From contig NC_043005.1 in assembly GCF_006345805.1 (NCBI RefSeq), forward strand, positions 90,086,001 to 90,150,000: DNA of 64,000 bases, written 5' to 3'. Positions 11,980 through 23,620 of this stretch are shown here, one piece after another. Source of the DNA: Octopus sinensis (lineage: Eukaryota). The position numbers and the translations under genes were made by a program. Under the pieces are notes generated by a model. The model was not told the DNA's origin, did no database searches, and worked only from the letters and a program-made list of their open reading frames with translations. Position 1 is the first letter of the stretch, and every line of letters starts with the position of its first letter.

Positions 11980-12608
11980 GATGAACAGACCTCTCAGAAC
12001 AAATGTGTCGTCTGCTTCAAGCAATTTCTAAATGTGTTTGCCTCTGCTTGCAAGAATGTCTATCTCCTTTCATGCTTGCGTACATACATAGAAGAGGGGG
12101 AAGAGGGGGAAATGTGAATGAAAGACAACTATTTATGATCGGGTGTTGAATGGGAGTGAGAGGGAGAGGGAAAAAGACAAAGAGAGAAATAGTGTATGTG
12201 TATGTATGTGTGGGTATATATATGTGTGTGTATGCATGTGTGTGTTTAAGAAAGTTATAGTAAGTCTGTTACACTACTTGAACGTGTGCAGTGCACAGAA
12301 TGCATTAATTTCTTTGTGTGTGTGTGTGTTTGTGAGTGTGTGTGTGTGTGTATTTAAATAAATATATATATATTTATATATACACTTCGTCAACACCTTT
12401 TGATAACTAAAGGATCGCCCACACATTAAAAATTAGAAAAAAAAAGGTGGGGGGAGATAAAATAACTGCAAGCTCATAATTCAAATACAAATTTCTCAGT
12501 ATTACAGCAAACGTTCTGTACAATCTATTCTACATACTTCTCCTTAAAAAAAAAATAATCAACAAAACAAACGAACAAAATAAAATTTAATAAAACATAT
12601 CCACCAGA

Positions 12609-13127
12609 ATGGCTAGCTACCAAAAATCCAACAAAAACTGGTCTGATAATGAAATCGACGTTCTTATCAACACATGGTATTGCCTTACCCAAGCAGAAAG
12701 CATTGGTGCTTCGTGTCTGAACGAAATTGCTAAACGAACAGTTCACCATTTGCAAACTCGATCTGAACAGCAGATACAAAATAAATTAAAGCAAATCGAA
12801 GTTGCTTTTAAATTAATAAATAAACACTTCGATAAACTGAGATGTGTCTTCGCTTCGAACGCATCACCGGCGCAACAATCACAACAACCTCAACAACAAA
12901 CTCAGCGGCAACAACAACAACAACAGCTACAGCAACAACGACAACAACTTCAGCAGCATCAACAACAACCTCAACAACAACCTCAGCGGCAACAACAACA
13001 GTATGAACCGCTCCTTGATTCATCTACAATGGCCGATTTGCTAAACGAAACGATTGCCCCCCCCCCCACCTCCAGTCACCAGGGTCACACAGCAGGAAGC
13101 ACCACCCCTTCCTTTAAGAACATTTGA
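12609..13127 (+). CDS. Intronless Myb/SANT-like (trihelix-type) DNA-binding protein with poly-Q tract
   Basis: 172-aa ATG ORF. NWSDNEIDVLINTW...EIAK...RSEQQIQNKLKQI fits the Myb/SANT-like pattern, followed by Q-rich and P-rich tails. Expression unknown. Confidence 0.6.
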   Translation: MASYQKSNKNWSDNEIDVLINTWYCLTQAESIGASCLNEIAKRTVHHLQTRSEQQIQNKLKQIEVAFKLINKHFDKLRCVFASNASPAQQSQQPQQQTQRQQQQQQLQQQRQQLQQHQQQPQQQPQRQQQQYEPLLDSSTMADLLNETIAPPPTSSHQGHTAGSTTPSFKNI

Positions 13128-13414
13128 GGTAGTGGAGCCCATCAACTGATTGACTAAAATTCAGGTTCTGAGAAGAAAGAACAAATGAAAGGGGACAACA
13201 AAGATTTTCTATTTATAGAAATGGGGTGAAAGAGATGTCAGAGTTTCATATAAAGGAATTTATGTAGGGAAGAGGATTGTCACACTACAATGAACAGATT
13301 TGGTATTAGGAGAACTAGGTCAGTATCAAGTGGTCACAATGAGCCTCACAGAGAATGCGGAGACCTTATAAAACGAATGCACATCAACACAACAATCAGC
13401 TTATAAGTTCCGAG

Positions 13415-14190
13415 TAATAATAATAATGAAATTATTGTATACAGTGCTCAGGTGCACCACAACTTGTCAGAAAGTGCATATAAAGTACATGCAGTAATGT
13501 AGAAATGTCTGGAAAGCGAACAATGTATGAGTCAGATACATGCTTGTGTGTGTATGGAGGGGAGAAAATCAAGTGTAGTGTTGGTGAATCTCAGGAAGCA
13601 TGGAAGTTTTGAAGGATGCAGTGCTCCGACAACTAACAACTGATGCCGGGAGTTTGTTCCATGCTTCAGCAACTCTCAGCGTGAAAAAATGTTTCCTGAA
13701 GTCATGGGAGCTCTGCTGTTTTCTTACTTTGTAAATATATCCACGAGTGTTAGATGGGTGGAGTTTGAAAAGGTGCTCAGAGTTATTGTTTGTACGATGG
13801 TTGATAATGGTTTGTACGATGGTTGATAATTTTATGGGTGTCTGCCAAGTCAGCTGCCAGACGTCGGAGTTTCAATGTGTCCATGCCCAGGGAAGTAAGG
13901 CGTTCAGGATATGGCAAATGCCTGATGGAGGGTATTCTTTTGGTTGCACGTCGCTGAACAGCTTCCAGACGATTGATATCTTGGGTAAGATAGGGGTTCC
14001 AGACCGGTGATGCAAATTCCAGGTGAGGTCTTACCATAGCTATATAAAGCCGCAGATAGATAGCCGGAGAGCAGCTCACAAAGGATTTGGTGAGTGATGC
14101 CAAGACACCCTCAGCCTTCTTGACAATTTTAGCGATGTGTTTTGTCCAACGCAAATCACTGTCGGCAATAACACCCAGGTCACGTTCACA
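13415..14190 (-). mobile_element. CR1-group LINE 5'-truncated 3' end
   Basis: LYIAMVRPHLEFASPVWNPY...LEAVQRRATK...YPERL...LKLRRL, followed by 3' UTR and an (ATT)n tail near 13418-13430. Confidence 0.88.
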
Positions 14191-14339
14191 TGAAGACTTT
14201 TTGAGATATTATGTACTTTGACACGTTGGATTAGAGGAAAAAATATAGATCTAAAATATAGATCTAAAATTTATTCAATTTAGAGAAAAGGATTGTTTAA
14301 GGAGGTTGAACGAACCGCCCATCATCATCATCATCATCA

Positions 14340-14377
<38 letters not shown>

Positions 14378-17300
14378 TATGGGTTTTTCTTATTCTTTCA
14401 AATTTGCTTCCATTTCTTGCCGAGTGTCTTCCCGACTCCTAGGGCAAAGAAACTCATAGTATACATTGGTAGGCCATTAAACTAAACTCACTAGTTCGTT
14501 CATTTTTTGTTTGTTTGTTGTTTTTTTTTTTGATAGAAATAAAGTTAAATTAAAATACATGGGTAGTAATAGTTCTCACATCGACAATGCTCTTCTCAAT
14601 ACGTGTGATGTACCAGTTAAGACAATCTTTTGCACTTCTTGCAGGGATGGTAAGCCAGGGATCATTCTCATATAATATTCTGTTCCCTTCTTGATCATTC
14701 CTAGTGCTCCTACGATCACTGGTATTGTAACCGCCTTGAGATGCCACATTTTCTCAATTTCAATGAGCAGGTCTTTATATTTTCTGAGCTTGTCAAATTC
14801 TTTCGCCGAGATATTATGATCAAAGGGGATGCTCATGTCGATCAATAAGCAAACTTTATTGTTTTGGTCTTTCACAACAATATCCGGTTTATTGGCTTTG
14901 ATGGTTCGGTCTGTATGTACTGGAAAGTCTCACAGAATCGTTACATTTTCTCCTTCAGTTACAGCTTCAGGGTGGTGATTATACCACTTGTCGGCAGTTT
15001 TGATATTGTAATGCCGACTTATTAGCCAGTGGAGATATTGGCCAACTCTGTCATGTCTTAATTTATACTCCACTGGTACTAAGACTTTACATCAAGAGAT
15101 TAGGTGGTCCACTGTTTCAATCATGTCGTTGCAGAATCGGCATTTTGGGTCTGCTCCATTTTTCATCACATTGACCTGGTAGTTCCGAGTTAATAGGCTT
15201 TGATCTTGAGCAGCCAGGATGACACCTTCGCTCTCTGCTTTTAGCCCTGAGCTCCGTAGCCACTGATGGGTTTGCTTCTGGTCAACATCAGCTTGTTTGC
15301 TACGGTCCACATATTTGCCATGCAGAGGTTTCTCCTCCCACCTATCAGCCAATTGCTCGTGCGCTCTTTTCGTTGCCATTATTTTCACCCTCTTTGCAAC
15401 AATAGTTGCCGTACTTCCCTCGGGTTGTTCAGTTTGGGTATCCTGCACGAGATCAATAGCAAATTTTTTGCTTTCCTTAATGATAGAATGAAGCTTCTTT
15501 CGTCTCTCGTGGTTTTCCACGAGCTTTAGCATCCATCATCATCATTGTTCGACCGTGGTCGAGACAATGGAATTTACCATGCTACGCCAGACTTCACGGT
15601 CCATCATGGCATTACGGAGGTCCTGTTGCTGTTGCTGTTGCTGTTGCATCCAGTCATTCGTTATTTCAAGATATTTGGCCAGTCCAATTGTGGTTGTTTT
15701 GTAAGCTAGTTCAAATTGGATCAGGCCTCGACCTCCTTGGGCTCTGGGAAGGTAAAGGCGATCTACGTCTGCCTTTGGGTGGTGCATCCTATTACAACTC
15801 AGCAGCTTGCGTATTTTCCTATCTATATTCTTTACTTCACTCATATTCCAGTTCAACACATTGTAGCTATAAGTAACAACTGGAACTGCTAAAGAATTTA
15901 TAGCTAACACCTTGTTACGTGCATTTAGTTCAGATTTCAGGACTGCTCGAACTCTCCTATAATATTCCTTCCTGATCTTCTCTTTCATGCTTGCATGCTG
16001 AATACCAGAGCCTTCATTTATCCCTAAATATTTGTATGTTTGTTCTTGTTCAAGCTCTCTTATGACTGTGTCAACATCTAACACGACTGAATTTGTGGTC
16101 TTCACTTTCCCTTTCTGGAAAGTGGCCTTGGCACACTTCTCAAGCCCAAACTCCATCCCGATGTCATCACTGAATTCTTTCACAGTGCGCAATAGGCCTT
16201 CAAGTTCATTATCGTCTTTACCATAAAGTTTTAAGTCATCCATATAAAATAGATGGCTTATTTTTTTATTGATAATTTTATACCCATACCCTGTTCTGTT
16301 TAATTCACTTGTAAGGGGTATTAGGGCTATGCAGAATATTAGAGGTGAAAGTGAGTCACCTTGAAAAATGCCACAGTTGATGTTTATATTCTCTGAGGCA
16401 AGTATTCCATTAGAGTGGTATAATTGGAGATTCGTATTCCACAACGACATATTATGCTTCAGGAAGCTTGAAATCACAGGGGAAATTTTGAAGATGTCCA
16501 GCAATTTCAAGATCCATGAATGCGGTATACTGTCGAAGGCCTTTTTGTAGTCAATCCATGCGGAGCTGAGATTTCTGCGCTTGTTGTGACAGTTCTCAAG
16601 GATCATACGATTAATTAGCAGTTGATCTTTGCATCCGTATGAGCCTCGGCGGCACCCTTTTTGTTCAATGGGGAAAATATCGTTCTTCTCCATGAATGCA
16701 TATGTTTTCTCCGCCAGGATAGATGCTAGGATTTTATACGTGGTAGATAAACAGGTTATAGGCCGATAGTTTTTGGGAAGTTTGGTTTCGTTATTCTTTG
16801 GGAGTAGGTAAGTAATACCACTTGCTAACCATTCAGGCGTTTTCTTTGAGTCTCTCATAATTCCATTGAGCAGCTGAACTAGCTTACCGTGTGCGCATGG
16901 GAGCGATGAGAGCCAGAAATTCGGCACCCTATCTTTACCGGGGGATTTCCAATTATGGGCCTTTGTGAGTGCTTTTCTTATGTCTGCTATTGTGATGTCT
17001 TCCCATGCTTGTTGTTGTAAATTTTGGTAAGATCCTTCTGTTTGTATAATCCAGTCTGCATTTATGTTGTACGTCTTCTCGTCACTCCAAATCCTTTTCC
17101 AAAAGTTTTGAACTTCTTCCATGGGAGGGGGGTCTTTGATGGTTACTTTCTCCTTCCCTATTTCTCTGTAGAATTTCTTGGCATTGGATGTGAACAGCTT
17201 ATTTTGCTTGTAAAACTTGTTTCTCTTCTCAAATCTTCGTATTCTTTGAGCTTTTGCTTGGACTTTTTGTTTCAGCGTTTCTTTTATTGATATCAGTTCT

Positions 17301-18378
17301 TCTCTTGGTGAGGATCCAAATTTTCTCTTCATCTTTCTTCCTGTTCTGGATCTTACATCATTTTCACATATTAGTTCATTTAATATTGATATTTCCCCTC
17401 TCATAAACTCAATCTCTTTTTCAATTTTACTTCTCCAGGTTTGATTTCTTCCCAGGTTTGGTTTTCTTTGTTTTTTCGGGGGCATACAGCTGGTTTCAAT
17501 TGCCCTAGCAGAAGCGTAAATAATTTCATTTAACTCAGTAAAATCAGGTTTTAATTCTTGTATTATTTCATTTGTTACATAGTTGCCAATTTTGATTTGT
17601 TTTTTATTTTGGTTTGTATTTGAGAGTTTATGAAGTGGTTCTCTATCATTCATACTTGTATGTCTTACAACTTCAAGCGTATTCAGGATTTTCTGCCTCA
17701 TTTCTGCCATAGACTCTCTGTGTTCTTCAGCAAATGCGAGATCTTCAGTTACTGTTGTTTTATCATTTTCCTGACTATCTTTAACAGGTTCAATAGAATT
17801 TCTTGTATCTTCAGGCCTTTGCGTGCTTTGGTCAGATGGCAGTCTTTCAATTAAGCCTCGTGGCGGGCTATTCTGTTCATCTGATTCTTCATTTCCTTTG
17901 TGTCTTATATTTGTGTCATTTTCCGTTGCGTGCTTGATCGCGCTTATTTCACTGTCTGTGAGTCTGTTATTTCTAAGGATATCCCTCCTCACATTTGCCA
18001 ATTTGTTCTCGTCCAAATAGGGTCTACTGTCTTGATTCCGTGTTCTCCATATACTGTAAGAGTTTGCGGTGTGTCTCTCTTGAGATGGCCTACCTAATGC
18101 ATAGTAATAAGTGTATATTACTTCTTTATACTCTTCTCGGGTCCATTTGTTCCGCTTACATTTTTCTTTCTGTGGTGGTTGTGGTGGTGAACTTGGAGGG
18201 CTCGAGTTGGGGAATTTCCCGTTCAAGTGACCATCCATGTCCGTATTCGGAGAAGAGTTTGTGCTAGTTGATGACTTTTCGATCTCAGGCTGGCTCTTCC
18301 CTGAGGGACGCGCTTCCAGATTGACCATAGGACAAGCGATTTGGTATACTGATTTAGTTTTCCTTTTAGTTTCCAAAG
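14378..18378 (-). mobile_element. Nearly full-length R4/Dong-like retrotransposon (family B-related): RT, CCHC, restriction-like endonuclease
   Basis: 944-aa ORF with RT motifs (SPGKD, YRPITCL, WIDYKKAFDS, GIFQGDSLSP, FYMDDLKL), then CRFC-x8-H-x4-C and KPDIVV...IDMSIP. Broken by a 110-bp insertion and two TGA codons. (TAA)n tail. Confidence 0.93.
15536..15645 (-). mobile_element. 5'-truncated RTE-like LINE 3' end inserted into the Dong-like ORF
   Basis: Encodes DLRNAMMDREVWRSMV...* followed by (TGA)n. Flanked by direct repeat GCATCCA (15529-15535 and 15646-15652). Confidence 0.8.
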
Positions 18379-18510
18379 ACGACTGGTATGGCTAAAGCAT
18401 TGATCACTTAGATCCTGTTTCTCGCATTCAGCTCTGTCTTGAGTATTGCTCTTACTCTGCGATAACATTCTCTCCTGATCCTTTCCTTCTTCACTAAATG
18501 CCTTATTCCG

Positions 18511-18568
<58 letters not shown>

Positions 18569-19172
18569 CATTATTATCATTATCAGTCATATCAATGAGG
18601 AGGCATGTTTTTTGTCTGAAGTCTTTTACTATGATGTCTGGCCTATTCGCATCTATCTTTCTGTCAGTTTGAATGGTGAAGTTCCAGAGGAGTGAGATGT
18701 ATGTCTAATTCCGAAATTTGTTGTATTCGGAATTCACTTAGATATTCCTTTGCCTGTTTTATTACTGAGTATGATGCTTTCTTGTTTTCATGTTTTTAGA
18801 CAAGTTTTAACATCCAGTCCTCAGAGATTTTCGGGTAGGTGTCTAGGCCAATTGTAGCAATCTTCATTGTTAATGCCAGTTGTAAAAGTTCAAGGCCTCC
18901 CTCTTTTCTTGGCAGATAAAGTCGTTCTGTATCTGCCTTAGGGTGGTGCATTCTATGCATTGTCAACAGTTTTCGTATTTTTCTGTCAAGATTACATATT
19001 TCAGTAATTGACCAGTTAACGATATTGAAACTGTAAGTCACGACTGGTATGGCTAATGCATTGATCGCTTCGATCCTGTTTCTTGCATTCAGCTCTGTCT
19101 TGAGTACTGCTCTTACTCTTCGATAACATTCTCTCCTGATCCTTTCCTTCTTCACTGAATGCCTTATTCCGT
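18379..19172 (-). mobile_element. Two tandem rearranged R4/Dong-like fragments (family C) separated by (TAA)n
   Basis: Both begin (AAT)n-GACGGAATAAGGCAT (DGIRH..KKERIRRECYRRVRA). The longer one jumps from the RT thumb to LWNFTIQTDRKIDANRPDIIV...LIDMT. Confidence 0.82.
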
Positions 19173-19174
19173 CG

Positions 19175-19212
<38 letters not shown>

Positions 19213-19221
<9 letters not shown>

Positions 19222-19696
19222 GAGTGAGGGAGCAGTGCTTGCCATCAAAGTGACAATGGGGTAAAATATACGAAGCCCAATATACCCACCATGACTACCC
19301 GTCTGATAAGGGTACACTAGGCACATGCATCACAACCACATGTGGGCGACATGGTGATCTCATATCAAGATAAACAGCACCTGACCTTGCAGGTGGGGTC
19401 CAGTTAGAAATTTCTTCTGGTCGAGTAGCCCATCCCGCTCACAAGGTCCCTAAATAAGGATTGCTTAAGGATGTTGAAAGAACCACCCATGTTTCCAAAG
19501 GTGAATTATCCAAACCCCAAAGAATCTCTCTCAACACATGGCTATGATGCTCCCCCACTACTTCTGCTCATGATCAGAGATGCACATATCGTCAGCCACT
19601 AATGGACATGCTCAACTGGTTAGGATCAAACAACTGACAAGCAAATCTGTGGTATTGAACAGAATATTTGCTGTAGCCCATCTTTTATACCAAGAT

Positions 19697-19697
<1 letters not shown>
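19213..19697 (-). repeat. Unclassified non-coding element of about 480 bp with (TAA)n tail
   Basis: No convincing ORF. Lies between (ATT)n and (CAT)n/(TAT)n tracts; a roughly 30-bp piece recurs at about 14288-14320 next to the same microsatellite types. Confidence 0.5.
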
Positions 19698-19758
<61 letters not shown>

Positions 19759-19780
19759 TATCATTATTATTATTATTATT

Positions 19781-22236
19781 CAGTAGTATATTTTTTATAT
19801 CGTGCTTTCACTTCGCTACCGAGCGCAGCTCTGTGTGCCTTGGGTATGTACTGTGATTTGTTGTGATGCTCTGATGGTTATTGTATGGAAAGTGTTCTGC
19901 GTAGGATGTGTGCAGTGCCTAGTAGTGCAATTTTCTGTATGTTATATGTGTTTGTAAGTCCTGGTGTTTTTGTTATGTATTTGTCTGAATATTTTTTATC
20001 ATGCCTAATGCACCTATTATGATAGGAATTGTTTCTGTTTTTAGATTCCACATTCTGGTTACCTCTGTTTCCAGGTCTTTGTATTTTGAAAGTTTCTCCG
20101 TTTCTTTTAGAGATACGTTGTCATCTGCCGGTATTGATACATCAATTAGAAAACATTTTTTTTCTTCATGATCTCTGACAACTATATCTGGTCTGTTGGC
20201 CTTAATTTCTCTATCTGTGTGTATAGGCATATCCCAGAGTATGGTTGCTTTCTCGTTTTCTGTGACCTTTTCTGGTGTGTACCTATACCATCTTTTTTCT
20301 GTTGTTATTCCATAATGTTGGCATAGTTTCCAGTGTATATAGGTCCCAACTCTGCCGTGTCTGTGAATATATTCCTTCTTAGCCAGGACTGGGCAGCCAG
20401 AGATAATATGATTTATTGTTTCTTGTCCATTTCCACATATTCTGCAGTTACTTGTTATATTTCTTTTCATTATATGTTTTTGGTAATTTCTGGTGGGGAG
20501 GCTTTGGTCTTGTGCTGCAATTAAAAATCCCTCTGTCTCTGCTTTGATTCCCGAGCTTCTCAACCATTGCTGGGATTTTTCTTTGTCTATTTCTTTTGCA
20601 TTTAGTTTAGTCCAGTATTTACCATGAAGGGGCTTTTCTTGCCATCGTTTTATCATGGTTCGTTGCTGTTCTATTTTTAGTTTGGATTTCATTTGTTTTA
20701 TAGCTTTTGTTGTTTCTTCATCTTCTTCTTCTTCTTCTTCATATTTGTTAGGTGGTATGATTTCTTGTTTGTATTTGTCAGCTTCCTTAAATACTGAGAA
20801 CAGTTTTTTGTTTTGCTCGTGTTTTGCTGCTATTTGTATCAGTTTTCCTTCCTTCTGAAGTAGATATTTTTGCAGTCCTATGGTGGCTATTTTATAGTAG
20901 TTTTCCAGCTGTATAAGGCCTCTACCACCTTCTATACGTTGTATATATAGCCTTTTTATGTCAGATTTTGGGTGATGCATCCTAGATCCTGTCATTATTT
21001 TTCTTGTTTTCCTATCTATTTTGGTCAGTTCATTTAGTGTCCAGTTAAGGATATTGTAGCTGTAACTTATAACTGGGACAGCTAAAGTGTTGATACCTAT
21101 TATCTTGTTTTTAGCATTGAGCTCTGTTTTCAGTATTGATCTAACTCGTCTATAATATTCTTTTTTTATTTTCTCTTTCATTTGTGTGTGTTGTGTCTTA
21201 TCTAGTTCATGGATTCCTAAGTATTTGTAAGTTTGGCTTTGGTCTAATTCTTTTATTTCATTGGTTTTATCTAGTGTGATGTTGCTACTCTTAACTAGTT
21301 TTCCTCTTTTCATGGTTACTTTGGCGCATTTCTCTAATCCAAATTTCATATCTATTTCTTTGGTAAATCCATGAACTGTCTTTAGTAGTGTTTCCAGCTG
21401 TTTGTCATTTGTAGCGTATAGTTTTAGGTCATCCATATATAAAAGGTGGCTGATCGTTTTGCCGTAACATTTATATCCACATCCAGTTCTGTTTAGCATA
21501 TCCGATAGAGGTGACAGTGCCAAGCAGAAAAGGAGCGGAGAGAGCATATCTCACTGGAATATTCCTCTTCTTATGGGGATGGCTTTGGTTTTCACAAGTC
21601 CCTCTTTTGTTTGGAGCTGTAGCACAGTTTGCCATTTATTCATAGAGTGTCCTATGTATTTTATAATTGTTGGTGCTACTTTGTTCATGGCTAGTGTTTC
21701 AAGGATCCATGTGTGGGGGATGCTATCAAACGCCTTTTTGTAGTCGATCCAGGCCATACTGAGGCCTTTCTTCTTTCTGTGGCTGTCTTCAGTTATGGCT
21801 TTATTGATCATTAGTTGATCTTTACAGCCATATTAGCCTTTGCAGCATCCTTTCTGCTCTTCTGGAAACAGGTTGTTTTCGTCCAGGTGCTTGCTCAATC
21901 TTTGCGATATTACTGCAGTAAATGCTTTGTACATTATAGGGAGACAAGTTATAGGTCTGTAGTTTTCTGGTTTTGCTGTCTCATTTGATTTGGGAATTAA
22001 GATGGTTTTCCCCTTCGTGAGCCATTCAGGCATTGTCTCTGGCTCTGCCAGTATGTTGTTATAATTTTCAGCCAGCTTTTTGTGCATTCCTGTTAGATAT
22101 TTCAACCAGAAGTTGGGGATCTTGTCATGCCCAGGTGCCTTCCAGTTGCTTAGTCTTTGCAGTGCCTGGGTGACCTCTTCAGTTGTTATGGGGGTCCAAA
22201 GTTGCTCAGATGCTGAGTTTGTTGTTTTAATACTCC

Positions 22237-22237
<1 letters not shown>
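19781..22237 (-). mobile_element. R4/Dong-like retrotransposon, 5'-truncated, frameshifted (family A)
   Basis: ORFs 21833-22105, 21551-21811 and 19973-21547 give RT (NYRPITCL, WIDYKKAFDS, LLYMDDLKL), CRIC...H...C and RPDIVV. (TAA)n on both sides. Confidence 0.92.
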
Positions 22238-22296
<59 letters not shown>

Positions 22297-22297
<1 letters not shown>

Positions 22298-22547
22298 TAT
22301 GTTTGACTTTTGCTTTACATTTGTACAAGTTGGCTCTAAGTCTCACCCAGAGACATCAAGAGACAACGAGTTGGAAGTTCATGCTGGCGTTATGCCTAGG
22401 GTGCCATATATTTGGTTTTGTATATAGTGTTGTTCTAAGAAAATTATGTTTGCTTTAAAACTTAAGATTACATAGAAAGTATTTTGCCTAGGATATGAGC
22501 AGTTCCCATGAGCGCTATCTTTTGAATTTCTGCCATTTTGGGGTTTC

Positions 22548-22548
<1 letters not shown>
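22297..22548 (-). mobile_element. R4/Dong-like extreme 3' end (probably family C)
   Basis: GNPKMAEIQKIALMGTAHILGKILSM* plus a distinct 3' UTR. (TAA)n on both sides. Confidence 0.78.
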
Positions 22549-22579
<31 letters not shown>

Positions 22580-22581
<2 letters not shown>

Positions 22582-23560
22582 ACTGCTTCCCATATGCTAT
22601 TCATATATGCACTCCGTCTGCTTAGGAGGTTGTTGTGTCCTAGCATATGTGCTGTTTCTTTTAGTTTTCATATTTTACAGTGGTGTACTCTGTCTGTTAT
22701 TTTAACTTCATCGCACAGGGGGAGGCGGTCTCAGTTTTTTTCATACATAATCAGCTATACCCAATTTATCAATATCTCCTCATGTCACAGCTTTGCGATG
22801 TTCGTCTAAACCTATTTTGAGGGGGCGGCATGTTTCTCCTTTGTATGACCTACCACAGCTGCATGGGATGGAATACACGCAGTCTTTGGTCATATTCATT
22901 TCTGTTGGTGGTTTTACTCGAAGGAGATATTTACAAAGTGTTGTATTACTCTTGAATACTGTCCAGGCATCGTAAGGGCTGCATATCTTTTGTGTCTTTT
23001 TGGAGGGGCCTTTCACATAGGGTAGACAGACTGTGGACAGTTTATCGGTTTCATCCTCTCTTTTCTTCATAATTGGAGTGGAGAGTATGTTTTTGGATGT
23101 AGTTGTTGCTGAATAAATTGTTATTGAGCTTGACCATTTCTTCATGATTGCTACTTATATTCTTTGCTCGATGTTTTAGGCACTGAGCAATCCCTCTCTT
23201 TACACTGTATGGATAGTGGGAATTGAAGTTGAAGTATCGTCCAGTGAAGGTCGGCTTACAGTATTCGGATGTCCTGAATCTATGTTTGATGCGTGTTATT
23301 CATACGTCCAGGAATGCTAGCTGATTGTCTTTTTCCTTTTCCATTGTGAACTGTATGGATGGCTTCATTGAGTGCACATAATCTAACAGCACTTGGATAT
23401 CTTCCTGGTAGCGCCAGAGTATAAAGGTGTCATCAACATATCGCAGCCATAGGGTTGGTTTTAGTGGTGTTGATCATAAAGCCAAATTCTTAAAGTATTC
23501 CATGTATATATTGGCTATTACCAGTGATAATGGCAAACCCATAGCTAAACCAGGTTTGAC
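22580..23560 (-). mobile_element. Penelope-like element remnant (RT C-terminal part plus GIY-YIG)
   Basis: LAMGLPLSLVIANIYMEYF, WLRYVDDTFILW, IQFTMEKEKDNQLAFLDV, and CVYSIPCSCGRSYKGETCRPLKIGLDEHRKAV. Confidence 0.88.
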
Positions 23561-23569
23561 ATTTCCCCA

Positions 23570-23620
23570 AGACACCTGATGAAGACTGGAGGGTATATCA
23601 GCCGAAATGTTGTTATCAAC
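23570..23620 (+). ncRNA. Degenerate hammerhead-ribozyme-like motif next to a Penelope-like element
   Basis: CTGATGA (23576-23582), stem II gactg/cagcc (one mismatch), GAAA (23604-23607). Stems I and III are imperfect. Confidence 0.5.

Noticed and set aside
14930-15094. Two in-frame TGA codons as programmed readthrough or selenocysteine
   Set aside because: They fall at Gly and Trp positions that are sense codons in sister copies in this window; single-base nonsense changes explain them.
15542-15650. Poly-Q C-terminus of the 944-aa ORF as a real domain
   Set aside because: It belongs to the 110-bp TSD-flanked insertion, not to the element.
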